From positions 2,005,730 through 2,069,729 of the forward strand of contig CAJINV010000015.1 of the NCBI GenBank assembly GCA_905178155.1: a DNA stretch of 64,000 nt, in the 5' to 3' direction. The translations under genes and the position numbers were made by a program. The notes under the pieces are model-generated. The model saw nothing but the letters and a program-made list of their open reading frames with translations, did no database searches and had not been told where the DNA came from. Each line of letters starts with the position of its first letter. Positions within the stretch are counted from its first letter, which is position 1. The stretch comes from Amoebophrya sp. A120 (taxonomy: Eukaryota; Protista; Dinoflagellata). Below are positions 24,601-37,900 of this stretch, piece after piece.

Positions 24601-27600
24601 AGGGTCGTAGTGTAGTTTCGATTGTTTGCGAAAATCTTCGTCAATAGTGCCAGCATGATCCACCGAGGAAGCCGTGTTCTTGATCTGATTCTGTGCTTGT
24701 TCAATCCGCTCACAGAAAGCTAACAGCTTCTGCAAATCGGCAACCGGAAGCGTGCTTGTCGTCGGCATCAGATGAGACGTGGTTTTTTCAATCTTATCGC
24801 TATCGTCCTTCTGATTGTTCAACACATTTTTGATAGTCGTGCTGGTCGTAGTACCCTCGTCCACCAGCTGCAACGAAGCAGCGGAATCAGTAGCGCCCGG
24901 TAGTAACAGCGCGGAAATCGTAGCAGCAGTGGAGGCCGCGGGAGGAGCAGCAGTGGGAGCAAGGAAAAAATCGTGGTCATCATCAACATCTAATTCGTCA
25001 TCTTCTCGCAAAAAGGTTTTTTCGTCGCAGCTCAAAGCGGTCTGTTGTTCGCAATGGTCACCAATTATTTCGCCCGAATTTGACATCTGTAGAGGTCGTG
25101 CATGAAGATTTCGAAACTTGGTCCTAGATCCCCCTTCTTCACTACTCGTTTCATCGACGACGCCGTTCCCATTGTCTCTGATCCGACAACCCAAAACCGA
25201 AGGCGGAGGCTCCTGCTCGACACCTTCACGAGCACCGTTTGCACCAACATCAGGAGCAAGAACAGGAGGAAGTTGATGCTGGACAGTAGTACCATAATTG
25301 TCATAGTTCTGATTCTTGTTGTCATTTTCCACATCCGCCACAGCAGGAGTTGTACCTCCCAGCAGTAGTAGGCCCTCCTCGCGAGAAATGCCCGTAGAAG
25401 TTGTAGCACCCACATCACGATCACCGCCAGCCTGGTTACAATTAATCTGCTGCTGCTTCTGTCCCCCAGAAGATGAATTCGCCGCAACAAGAACGTACTT
25501 CTTCAATCGCGCCAGCGCCTCCTTCTGCATCGTGGGACGCAGGAGCCGCTCGGGCACCATCTGTTCAAAAGCTTCGATCAACTTTTTCACGAAAAACACA
25601 GCGCTTTGGTCTTTACCACCATTTGTTCTTGAACAAGCGGCTTCATGTTGGTAGCTTCTCAGCACCGCAGAACTGCTGGTGCGCACAAAGGACTTATCCT
25701 GCAGATGAGAAGAATGCGAGCGGGTACACATTTTTCTCGCGACGTCAGCACCACTTTCTGGTGGTCCTTCGATGGAACAGAACGGCGCAGTTTGGAAATC
25801 CGATCTTCCCTGCTGGCGATCGGGATCCGTCGAGTTCTTCTGGACTTCAGCAGCGTCGTTGCTCGAAGTGCTGCCGTTCCCGTTCTGCGGATCGGTCATG
25901 GTCATCTTGCCACGGCTACTATATCCACGTTGCTCCAAAACATCAATCGAATCCATCAAGCACTGCACGTCCAGGGGACAGGCAGAAGTACTAGCAGGCG
26001 CAATCTCATCAACGGGAGCACGATCCACCTCAAAAAGAGCTTGGTCTACTCCGCTCGACGGCAGCCTGGAGCTGCGGTTCTTTTCGACGCTTTCGTCGTG
26101 CCAGACACTCTTGTCCCCGTTCGGGAAGTTGTTTTGCTGCTGCTGGTCAAGCCCCATCACAAACTTGTCCTGCTGCTCCTCAAGCATCATGCCATGGTGA
26201 AACAATGAAATCTCCTCTGCCAGCGGATTATGCGTGTAGTTCCGTTTCCTTTGCAAGACCAGCGGGCGACGCGGTTGATCAACATGTTGATGAGAACTAC
26301 CACTCCCACGAAAATCCTGCACATCGTTATTTCCACCCCGCCCATTTTTTTGTAGTCGACTGTCACCTCCATCAAACCCGCCGCCTTTCTTGTTGTCTCT
26401 TTTTCCATTTATGCCCTTCATCATCTTTCCGTGTTGATGATGTTCTACTCCGAGGAACTTGGTACTATTTCCGTGCGGCTGCAAAAAGCCCTGCAAAGTA
26501 GATCTTGGCGAGCTGCCCTTCCCATGCCGTTGTTGACCTGTCGTCGGAGAAGAAACGCGGCCCGCGGCACCTCTGTTGCAATACACGGGAATCATACCAC
26601 CTCCACTCCGACCTCGTCGAGAACCGGGTATTTTATTGGAACTCGGCCGGTAAAGACGGCCGGTATTCGGGTCCATCAGCGCGTGATCTTTAGTATTCGC
26701 GGAGGTATTTTTGCCATTGCTGCGGCCGCGGTCGTAGAAGTTTTCTTGATGATTGATGTTCTGCTGGTTGATATCAAAGTTACTGGCGTTATCGAGGAAT
26801 AGCGCGCCGACGTGGACGTCATCTTCGTGGTATTGCATCTTGTTTCCCTTTTTATTTCCGCCTCCCCCTTTCATGTAGTTCCCATGATGGGCAGTAGTCC
26901 CAGATTGGTGATGCTGCGGAGTGATCGGGTAGAAGCCTGTCGGAGAAGTAGTGGTGGATCCGTTAAAATTATTGCCGTAGAAACAAGAACTACAGTCAGG
27001 AGCACCGTTGTTTGCCACCGCGTTGACAGCCTGCAACATGGCCGCCGTGCCGGCACTAACAGCCTGGTCGTCACTCTCGCCCTGCGCCGCGGCAGCGTAC
27101 GCGGCCTGCGCACCGATTAGCTCCAGATGCGCGGCTCGCGCTTCGTCTATAGTGGGGTGCATAGCATTTACGCCCATCGGAGATGAAGAGCACGGAGAGG
27201 GAGCAGATGACAGCGGAGCGAAATTATACGGCGCTCTTACACGTGCGTCGGCAGAAGTTCCCATGTGCGGGGGCACCTCCACTTCCGGACTATCATTCGG
27301 CGAAGATCGACGTCTGGTGCCGGCGTAGCCGGGTCGTGAACACGGATCATGATAATGCTGCCCACTATTTCTCGCACAAGAGCGCGGACCACGACGAGCG
27401 GGTCCCATGCTACCAGGACTGCCGAAAGTCGTGCCAGAACGAGAACCACGACCGCCACCACTACAATAGGCTGCGTAGGCCGCAGCAACTTGGGCTTCGT
27501 CACCGGCAGAACAGGGGGCTTCCGGAGTACAAGCTCCTGCGGTGTAGTTATCGAAATAGAAAGCAGAGCTGCAGCCATTGTCAGCAACACCTGCGTTGAG

Positions 27601-30600
27601 ATTCATCTGCGCGGCGAAATTTCCGGTGTACTGCTGGGGAAATGGTCCACCGGCACTATTACTGACTGCACTGGGCTCGTGAGGTGCGCCCTCGAGATAC
27701 GGCAGACCGTCTGGTGCACCACCAGTGTGAACAAAGTCTGTGGGGTTTTCGCACTTCCTTTTCATCTCCTGTAGCTGTTCCTGAATCTCGCTGTAGTTGT
27801 TCCTCGCGCAGGAGACTTGGTCTTTGTACCTCTGATTCTGATTTTGCGGAAGAATTGAACAAGAACCACCTCCACACTGCTCCTCACCAACATTCGGATT
27901 CGTTTCGTTGCACTGCTTGCCATAAAAGTCCTGCAGATCTGTGATCCTCTGGCGCAACTCATCGCGCTTCTTGTCTAGCAAAATCTGCGGCAACGCGGGT
28001 GGCGGGGAAGGATTCGGACTCGGATCGACAACTTGAGACGGGTTATTTCCTTCCCCGTTGAAGTAGATTTTTTCGTTTTCCATCTCAACATCACGATGAC
28101 CATTTTCCTCCTCCTCAGAGACCCCTTTTGACGAGCTGTCTTGCAGCAGGAGCCCAGGAGGGGGCGGCCGGGACGGGGGCGGCGGGACGATATCGTGCTC
28201 CGAGCGCTTAGACCAGGGATCCCCATGGGTGTCGTACTGTTTTGGTTTTGTAGCTTCTTTGCATATCTACGTAGTACTTAACCGTTCATACCTTACAAGT
28301 GAAAACGAATGTTCTTGTAACAAGCGAGTTCATCATTATAGCGAACCTGTACCTGCCCTTTTTCGCCTCCCGAGGACGAGTCCATCTCCAACAGCCTGTT
28401 GGCGGCATCATATGCTTCGCGTGCGGCCAAATCGAGTTCTGCAACCGGGCAATTGCTACGGTTAAATGTTGTACCGAAGTCAGCAGTGGAAGGAGCTCCA
28501 GCTCCTCCGGCATCTCGAAAATTGTCCGACGAGTGGTCAAACATCACCTGTCGCTGCAGTGAGGCGGGAGCCATACAACCATGCGGACTGGCCGTGCAGA
28601 CAGCACGACCAGACAAAGCCCCTGCGGCCACATCATTCGCCGGACCAACAAGATTGCTGCAACTACTACTGTCGGGAAGATTCATGGCGTTCGTGTTGCC
28701 CCCAATGGACCTACTACCTCCAACCGGAGCGATACAGATCGCGTTTGTTTGGAATTGGTAGGCGCCTCCCATGGCAGCCGCCGCAGCTAAGGGCGAGCCG
28801 GCAATGGACTATGGAGCTCTCAGACGTTACATTCTCAACTGTTACATGAGTTTGTCATGCAAAACTACCATCATCATCAACAAGATCAAGCTGCTTCGCA
28901 TGACAAATTTGCGAAGGGCTAGACACCACCTAAATCTGCGTGGCATTTGTAATGCAATTTTTGCAATCTTCCCCCTTTGGCTTTTGCCATTCTTGCATTA
29001 CAGATTCACGCAACAGTTGAGAATGTAACGCTTGAGAACACCATATGGACATCTGCTCCATTGGGGAGCCGCAGTTCGGGGTAAACAAACCGACGCTATC
29101 CAGGAAAAAAGAAAAACACCCACTCCCATCCCTTTTTGCATGACAAAGGCTGCAGCTTATGCATGTTTTGCATGACAAATTGGATGGGGATGGGTGTTTC
29201 TTCCTGGATAGATGTTCAGAGGCGGTGGCAGCTGGTGCCCTTGCGGATTCTGAAGGTTTTGCAGCTGGTACAGGTGGTTATCCTGCTGCTGTTGGTTCTC
29301 CACGTGTTGCAATAGATGTTCCATCGGCGACTCCTGAGGAGCAGAAGTGTTAATCGAACTACCACCCAGCGGAATATCAATATTACGTGGGTCATTGTTG
29401 TTCATCGCCATCGGAAGGTTGCTTGTCCCGTACGCCGGAGCAGCACAGCCGTTGACCACATCAGAGAGGGCAGACTCATCGACGAGAGTAACGACGTTGC
29501 CGAAAACGTCTACGATGGTACGCGGCTGGGGCTGGATCGGATAATTTTGTTGCTGCGGCGGAATATTATTGAGCGGAACATGTTGATGCTGTTGATGCGC
29601 CGGCCCATGAGCGTGGTAGGCAAGACCGTCGTCGTCGTCCGCAACCCTTTATCAAATGCAAAAGTGTCTGGGTCTGGAAGATGAATGCAACTTGTCACGC
29701 TAAATCTGAAGCATGCAAAAATCTGTGTTGCATGATTGCCAAAAGTCGTCCAGTTTTGACCAAGTCGGAGGGGAGTTTCTCATGCAGGATAGGCATGAGA
29801 GAGATCGCGCAGAATCTGTCATGCTACGTCCTGCATTCCAGACCTCATGGGTCATGGAAAAGCTGCACCTAAAATACCAAGACGCCACATGGAAAAGCTG
29901 CATGACAAGTCTCGCAATCTTCCAGGCCCAGAGATTTTTACATTTGATACCCTTCGCGCCCAGCCACGGCGACGACCCGCTCTGGTCTGACGTGCTTCGC
30001 GCTGGTGGAGTGCTAGTGGTTGAAACCCCGGAGAAGCGCCCCCGGGAACCCGGTGCATGTTCTGCTGGGCGGCTGCGAGGTCCATCTGCTGTTTATGGTG
30101 TTCTCGGTTCCACGCACTGTAGAACGCGGCAGTGTAAAACTGATTCACGCAATCCGTGTGCACCGGGTCGTTGGCGACGTTATTCTCATCGTCCTCGCAG
30201 TGATGCTGTTGGTGCTCATCCTGTCCTCCAACTTCAGCTCTAGTCTGGTTCTGCACGACATCCTGTTCCTCTTCTCCTTGATGTTCGCCGCGTGGAGCAG
30301 CTGCAGTTGCGGGCATTGTAGTTTGTAATTGATTGTAGTTGCTCGTGTCCTTTCCAGATGAAATATCATCACCAACACGGATGATTTCCGTCGCGGCTGG
30401 CAAGGTTTCCTCCAGAATGAGGCAGCTGTGTCTGTTGCTAGTATCAGGATCAGCTGCCATCGTCGTCGCCTCGACGTCCTGTTCCTGCTTATTCGTCCGT
30501 TGTTGTTCAAGCTCAAGAGCCGCCCCAGAAACTGCTCCTTGACCTGCTCCAGCAGCAGGAGAGCTACTGCCACTGTCCAGGTATCCCGCATTCAGCATGA

Positions 30601-33600
30601 CATGCTGTTCCTGTTCAAAGTTCTCGTTCTCGTGGAGCAAAAGCGCGTCGTGTTGCTGCTCTTGGTAGGCGGATAAGTTATCGTACAAAGAACTCGCTTG
30701 TTGTTGATTCTGCGCCCCCCGCTCGAATTGTTCCATGTGAGCGCGTAGTTCTGGGCACCTCTCGCGCTCCTGATAATTGTTGTACCGCCGCGGCGTGCAG
30801 GGCGGGATGATGTTGACAGGGTGGTGTTGGCACCGCGAAAAACAACGTCCTTGCGGTGTGTTGTCGGGTCCGTCATCGATGGCGCCGTCGTGGTGGTCCT
30901 CTTGCTCTTCATCAAGATCATCATCTTCAAACTCCTCATATGGACTCTTGGCGACTGGCTTCTTCTTTTCACGTTTGCCTTTCGTGCCTCCGGTCGCCAA
31001 CGCGTCTGCGTAGTCCGAATCCCAGTGCGCCGGGAGTTGCACCTTCGGGCAGCTGCGCGAGTTCCGTTGCTCTCCTGATTCCAATCTGTGTACCTTCTCT
31101 TCCTCGCTCATATCGCTGTCCGCAAAATCCAGAAATTCGTGCTGCAGTGCCTTCATGTGCAGTTCCGCTTTGGACACCGAGTGCTGTTTGGTCCGGGCTT
31201 TCAGCAAAGCGCAGGATCGCGTCGAGGAAGGCGTTTGTTGCGGTTCTAACAAGAAAACATAAGGCGTCCCCTCCGATGACATCTTCGCGGCCGGCGTAAG
31301 ATTGTTCTTCGCAGCGGTGCTGACGGGGGGAGATGGAGAAACACAAGCAGCTTTACTGTTTTTCGGCATTCCAATGACCTTCACCTGCACTCCTGTCGGT
31401 ATGACGAGATGATCTTGATCATCGCTGTCGATATTGCCTTCACGAATGGTCGTTTTGCCAGCATTGCCGACGTCGTGCTCGATAATTTCAGAGCCAGAGC
31501 CAGAAGGACGAGCTCCTTCTTCGCACGTCGCGAAAGAGTCACGACACAGCGGCGCTCCTGCCGCGTCACGAACATCAGCCGACTGGTACTTGTTTTGCAG
31601 CTGCTCTTCAATAATGCCACAGGAGTTGTTGCCATCAATTTTCATCGTAGCGGCTGCTCCTGCAACATTGTGCAGCTCACAACCTCCCTGTTATTGAGAG
31701 GAAAAATCCCCCCTCCCCATATCGAAAATGAAATCTGTGCTGCTGTATTTGAGTACACAAATCACATTTGTCTTGCAGTAAAGGACTGCACGCAGATCGT
31801 AAGCCTAAGGGCGGGCCTCTTGGTGTAGGGGCCTAGCATGGCAGACGTCTGCCCTATAGGTCTTGCAGCATTACAAATCGCCTGCATATCGTGGCGGAGT
31901 CTCTGAGTTTGCCCTCTTGCAAGACAGACAGGATCTGTGCTCACAAATCTGCATCACAAATTTTCAGGAGCATACCTTTTCGATCTGGGGAGGGGGGATT
32001 TGTCCTCTCAATACCTGTCGCTGCTCTCGGGGCGTCGGTGTGCCGGCCACCGTCGATTTGTAATTTATCAAGCAAAAAAGTGTGAACGTTAACGGTTTTG
32101 TGGCATTGCAGTCATGCACGACAAATTTTCGCTATCATGCATGCTGTGCAATACAAATTTGGGCATCATGTCTCGTGCATTCCTGCATGCCAAATCCCGT
32201 TAACGTTAACACTTTTCAGTGTGATATCATTGTGAAGAAGATGATGGTGGTGGTTTTCGTTTTTGTCCGGCGTATCTTTAATAGTGTCCGCGGAATTACA
32301 AGGGCTACTAGACAGTGCGGGCGGCGGTGGGGGTGGGGTGCTCGACTTATTTACTGGTGCAGCTACTCCTGAACCTGACCCTGACGGTGGATGCACTACG
32401 GCCTCTGGGCCTTCAATAACCAGCTTCACTTTTGCGTCAAATTGCATCTGCTCCTCCACCGGGACAATGCTCGACGGGCTAGCCGGGTTGCAGTTCTTCG
32501 CTGCTTTCAGCTCCGCTTCCAGCGCCGTGATGTCGCGTGGTGGAGGTGGTCCTCTAGAAGTATCAGTATGAGTATCAACCGAGGACCCCTGATCTTCATC
32601 GTGCTTCATATCCGGCGATCGCAGTGCCGTGGCAGAACTCGCGCGAGGACAAGCTGCAGCTGAAGATGCGCCGCTCGAACCAGATTGCTGGGTGTAGTTG
32701 TGCGAAACTGCAGAGAGGTTGCAGTCCGTCGTCTTTTTCTTGTCGTTGTTTTTCAACGAAACTTGCGCTGGGTGCAGGCCCCTGACTTCATCGTTCGAAT
32801 CTTTATGCACAGCGACCTCGGCGGCCGCGTCTTTGTCCTTCACGTTGTCCTGGACCTTCTTCTGCCTGGTGTCCGTGTTTCTCGCATTAACGGCGGGGGC
32901 CGGTAAACAACCAGACGCAGCTGTAGTCGTTGTAGTACAACCAGCGGTATTACTTATTTTTGCACTCGCAACATCCAACTGCTGCTGCTGCTGTTCCAGC
33001 AACCTTCGGTGTTTGGGCGGCGGCGGCGTCTTGAAACACGTTGATGTAGTTGGCTCCCTGAAATTGCCAGAAATGGCGTTCATAAGCATTAACTCTTTCT
33101 GCTGCAGCATCATACTGGAGATCCGTTGCCGGGTCTGCGCTATCCTGTGCAGAAGTATCGTACTCGTATAAATGCATTACAAATTATTTTTTCAGCATGA
33201 GAAGTAAAATTTGTAATGCTGATTTGCCTTGACAAAGAAATTTGTAATGCAAGACCTGCATTTATACGAGTACGATACTTTTGCACAGCATATGCACGTT
33301 CAGAGTCGACTGCCGCGGCGTTTCCAGAGACAAGGCGTCAAGGGCGGAGGTGGGACTCGGTATCCCAGGAAAAAAGTGTCACAGTTACACATTTGTAGTC
33401 AAATCAGCAACACAAATTTCTCTGCATGAGAGGGAAGACTTGTAATGCAGAAATCGCACGGGAAAACACCTAGGAAACGAGGCTTTTATGCGTATCTGGC
33501 ATGACAGAGCTGGTCTGTCTTGCTTGGCCTGCAACACAATGTAACACTTTTTTCTTGCGATACTCGGGCAGCAGATATTACTCCCCGGAACAACTGCAGC

Positions 33601-33687
33601 GGACGAGCGGCGGCCCGCGCACGACGGGGGCGGGAGCTGTTCGTGGGAAGAGGTCAGATGACCGGACGGGGAAGATGCTGACGACAT
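21690..33687 (-). CDS. Very large low-complexity hypothetical protein; may be the 3' part of the 34360-43995 gene
   Basis: Long ORFs join in frame after removing 11 introners and one GT-AG intron (about 28237-28346/28352); no recognisable domain. Confidence 0.7.
21867..22115. mobile_element. Introner family D
   Basis: TIR TATGGGGCTCTCAAACGTTACA; TSD TCTTT/CGTTT. Confidence 0.9.
22853..23137. mobile_element. Introner family C
   Basis: TSD TCATG; joins LEHE|QQ. Confidence 0.92.
23557..23836. mobile_element. Introner family C
   Basis: TSD TCCTG; joins ALQE|LGL. Confidence 0.92.
24264..24372. mobile_element. Introner family E (shortest, 109 bp)
   Basis: TIR TATCCAxxxAAAAAA..CCCATCCACATCCA; TSD TCCGA. 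Confidence 0.92.
28810..29045. mobile_element. Introner family D
   Basis: TSD TGGAC; joins QMS|IAG. Confidence 0.92.
29097..29210. mobile_element. Introner family E
   Basis: TSD diverged GACGC/GATGT; frame restored. Confidence 0.88.
29650..29949. mobile_element. Introner family B
   Basis: TSD CCCTT; joins WARR|VADD. Confidence 0.92.
31692..32013. mobile_element. Introner, singleton type (36-bp TIR TATTGAGAGGA(A/C)AAATCCCCCCTCCCCA); GT-AG compatible
   Basis: TSD CCTGT (ACAGG on the coding strand). Confidence 0.92.
32066..32226. mobile_element. Introner family G
   Basis: TIR TATCA..AAAAGTGT(G/T)AACGTTAACGG; TSD TAATT/TCATT. Confidence 0.9.
33141..33292. mobile_element. Introner family A
   Basis: TSD TGCGC/TGCAC; joins LNVQ|TRQ. 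Confidence 0.92.
33361..33562. mobile_element. Introner family F
   Basis: TSD CTCGG; joins CCPS|PTS. Confidence 0.9.
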
Positions 33688-34923
33688 GGAGAGTAATCCA
33701 CGAGGTACCTATATGGATGTGTCAGGATTGAAATCGACAAAGTTGAAATAATTTGTCATGCATAAAATGCATGACCCGAGGTACGTGCGTTGCAGAGCAG
33801 GCAAGCGAGGCCGATTGTAAGCCTGTTTGGGGCTACAGCTCGAGCTGCTAAAGTAGCATGAGAGAATCGCTCTTCTTTGCCTAAACAGCATGACAAACTG
33901 GATTTAGGGACCACCGAAATTTGTCATGCGCCACTTGGAAACTGGGTTCCAACTGGCATCCATTTTATGCATTACAAATTATTTCAACTTTGACCATTTC
34001 AAACCTGACGCTTCCATAACCTAATTCATTCTCAATCTATGCAACGAATTCCAGACATCACATTCTAGGCATCGCAAATAGGACTAGGTCGCGCAGCATT
34101 ACTTAGCGCGAACCTCGTGAGGGCCGGAATGGGCTGGGCTAACCACCTCTGTGGTCCCATTTTTGTTCTCCCGTGGCCAGCCCTTGTTGCCTACAAAAAT
34201 GGTGAACCCGGGGGAGCCGGACTGGGGACACAGCCAGTGTTGACGCCAATGCCCACGCCGATGGCGATACGCAATGTGGAGCGGGGGACTGCGCGTGTGC
34301 ATGTTTGTTCGACAAACGCGCGCGCGTTATTGCTGACTACCTCTCTTTATGTTTACACACTAGCAAGGCACATCCTGACGTCTATGACGCGAATATATAT
34401 AATTCAGCGGGCGTGTAGCCCCTCTCTCCGGCGACGCAGTGGCCCGCCACTGCCCGCTCGCGACCTCTGTTGGGGAGGGTCCGGGACTTGTTGCAGCCTC
34501 TGTTGCACCCGGCGCTGTTACCTCTCTGTGCAGTGCTGGAGCACAGTTCGACCCACGTCTGTGGGCGGAGAAGTGCGACGTCCCGCAGCCACCTCTGTGG
34601 CGCGGGCGTTGCGGTGCGGTCCCTGTTGCGCGCCCCGCGACTGTATTTAGTTGTACATAGGACGCTGCGAAGCAGCGCAGATGCACTTTGATACAGATCC
34701 GGAGTCCGCCACTGTGAAGGGTGTGACCTTGTGAAACATACGAACGAAGGAAGAAAGCGGCGAGCCCTTGGGGCGCCAGCGCTCTGGGGATTTGGGAAGG
34801 AGTTTGTGTTCGCGCCACAATAAGCAAAATGCTACCCAAATCAAATAATGGATCAGGTACCAACAGGGCGGAAGAGGTCAGATGACCGGATGAGGAAGAT
34901 GCTGACGACATGGAGAGTAATCC
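33646..34923. repeat. Duplicated 54-bp exon segment (33646-33699 and 34870-34923)
   Basis: GGAAGAGGTCAGATGACCGGA(C/T)G(G/A)GGAAGATGCTGACGACATGGAGAGTAATCC twice, encoding GLLSMSSASS(P/S)SGHLTS. Confidence 0.9.
33712..34018. mobile_element. Introner family I (58-bp TIR, 307 bp)
   Basis: TSD ACCTA; lies in a 5' UTR or at an AG acceptor. Confidence 0.93.
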
Positions 34924-37900
34924 TGGCGGGTAATTTATCACAGGAAAAAAGTGTTACAGTTACACATTGTGTTGCAAGACCGGCAACACAACCAACCTTT
35001 CTCATGCAGAAAATGCTCGGGAGCCTCGTTTCCTTCCTGTTTTCCCTTATGATTTTCGCATTACAAGTTTTCTCTGCCACACAGAGAAAATTTGTGATGC
35101 AGAAACTCCAACAAATGTGTAACTGTAACACTTTTTTCTCGTGATATAATTGATGTTACTGTGCTCACGACCATTTTGAACATGATCCGTAAGAGAACCA
35201 GAGTCAGATGCTCGAAAGTGTTGATCCTGTTGCTGCGGAGGTTGTAGTCCTTGTTTTCCAGCACCGCCGCCTGCTAAGTAGCGCATCTTCTGCAAACACG
35301 AATTGAACTGTTGGGGCTCGCCTGCGGGGGTAGGCGGTGTGGGCACCAGCTGCATAAAATTCTGCTGGTGTGCGTGTGCTGGTCGAGTAACTTTGTTGTC
35401 GTGCTGTCCACCGAGGGGGTTTTTGTCCAGGGGTGGATGCACCAAACCTGGGCAGGGCGGCGGCCGGTTAGGCGGGGGCGGGTTAATATTCGAGCTCCTG
35501 TCGCAAGAACTGGCGCCACTGCAGCTTTGTTCGTGGTCGTGGGTGGTGTTATTTTTGGGTGGATGATCTTCATGACCTCCACGACGGACTGGATCTAAAG
35601 ATGCCATCTTTTGCATCAGCAGTTTATCCACAGAAAAAATAAAAAATCCACCCACATCCATTTTTCGCATGACAAAAACATGAGTTGAAGTTGATACGTG
35701 TTTTGCATGACAAATTGGATGTGGATGGGTTTTTTCTTTGAATACAGTTGCTGTCCGTCCGGCAGCATCTGCATCGGATCCACCACCACACCGTTGGCGT
35801 AGTTCTGTATCCTGAGTAAAAATGTCCCCACACCAGAGTCAAGATGGAAAATCCGCTAGACAAATCAGCCACCTCTGGTTGTTTCGCATGACAGGTTTAT
35901 CCTCGTAGTGTAATCCTGTTTAGCTAGTTCCGAAGCATCACAGATGTAGCACATCATGCTGATTGTAGCATCGCAAATTCCAAAAACAGGATTAGAAAAT
36001 GGCTCTAATGGGGCTCCGCGTGAGAAACTTTTTTGGCATGCAGATTTACATGAAAACTCTGGGGTGGGGACATTTTTGCTCAGGATATTCTGGGTCGGCA
36101 CACTACTTACCACATTCGAAAGAGCACAACCCCTAAGACCACCCGACGGCTGCGTCATCAATGCCAAGTTTCTCTTCGCCAGCTCGCTGTGGTTGTCTTG
36201 ACTGTAGTCCTCCAGATCAAACGCCAGCAAAACCGCCACGTTGCCCTTCGAAGTAGAATTCGGCGGAGCAGGTGGTGGACCCACGTTGGGTAGTTGTCCT
36301 GCCCTGCCATGGCGGTGCAACATCATCATGTTGTCAAAATCCACTGCTGCGGTTGCTCCTGCCCCAGACGAGCCTTTGCCAGGAAGTGGAACGGATGCCG
36401 CCCCACTGGTAGTACAACCACGATTGTTGTTGTTTCCATTTGTTCCGCCCTTGCTGCCTCCTTTTTTGCCCGCGTGCAAGAGCTTGTTGCCAGACGACGA
36501 AAGTGGAACTGTAGTCGTGGCACTATTGTGCATCGGCGTGGTACAAACAGCGACTCCCGGCGCTGGTGCCCCTCCAGATTTATTGCTGCCGCGATTTTTC
36601 CACCCCTTCTGATTCTTCTGGAGGTGGTGATTCTGGTTCATGTTATTCTGCTGTCCCTCATGTTGATGTTGTGCTCGACCAGATTGTGCGCCCTGTTGTT
36701 GCACCGACGGAGTTGCTGCAGCAGCAGCACCAGCAGCAGCTACTTCCATTGCAATCTGTTTGTTCAGGCGGTCCCGTTCCTTCATCTTCGCCTTCTCTTG
36801 CGCACACAAATCTAAAACGGAATGGTCCTGGGGAACGTCATCCTCATCGTCGTCCGAAGGACCTTCGATGTTGTAACTCCGCTGATCGTCATCGTTCAGG
36901 GAAGATTTGTTATCAACATTCCGCCCGGTAGTTCTTGGGGTTCTTGCCCCAGCACCGCTATTTGTTCCCTGCTTCTTCTTTCCGCTAGAGCTACTACCAG
37001 CTACTGCACCGGCTGAATTAGAAGCAGGAGTGCCTGTAGTTTTCTTGTTCAAATTCCTAGTCCGTTGCTTCTTGCTTTCCTTCGGGGTGTGGGACGCAGA
37101 AACGGTTTTTACCATATGCGGTGCACAAGTATCGCACTCGTATAAATGCATTACAAATTTCTTCAGCATGAGAAATAAAACTTGTAATGCTGGTTTATCT
37201 TAGAGAAAAGATTTGTAGTGCGTGACTGCAATACGAGTACGATACTTTTGCACAGGATATACCACGTTCTTTCCCGAATTAGTCTTCAGCCTCTCGTCCT
37301 TTTCCATCTGCTCAAGTTCTTCGAGTTCGCCTTCCATTGCCAGTGCGGGTATGCAATACAACATTTACCGAACATCAAGCGGGACACAACCACGAGTGTA
37401 CCAGTGCAGCATCATGCATCTCTGAACTACAATATCAAGATCAATCATACAGTTAGTACAACAGAATTTGTCATAGATATACAACTAAGGGCGATAAACA
37501 AGCGGTCGCTTGGTGATCGTGCACGCCCGTGTGCGGTAAATTTCCACAAGATATCGGACCACCCGTTGAAAGTCAAATTTCCCCCGATCCCCAGGTCTAA
37601 GTCCGTGTCCGTTGTTGGGGTAGTTCTTTTGTATGGATGTGTCAGAGTTGAAATCGACAAAGTTGAAATAATTTGTCATGCATAAAATGGATGCCAGTTG
37701 GAACCCAGTTCCTAAGTGGCGCATGACAAATTTCGGCGGTCCCTAAATCCAGTTTGTCATGCTGTTTAGGCAAAGAGGAGCGATTTTCTCATGCTACTTT
37801 AGCAGCTCGAGCTGTAACCTCAAACAGGCTTACAATCGGCCTCACTTGCCTGCTCTGCAACGCACGTACCTCGGGTCATGCATTTTATGCATTACCAGTT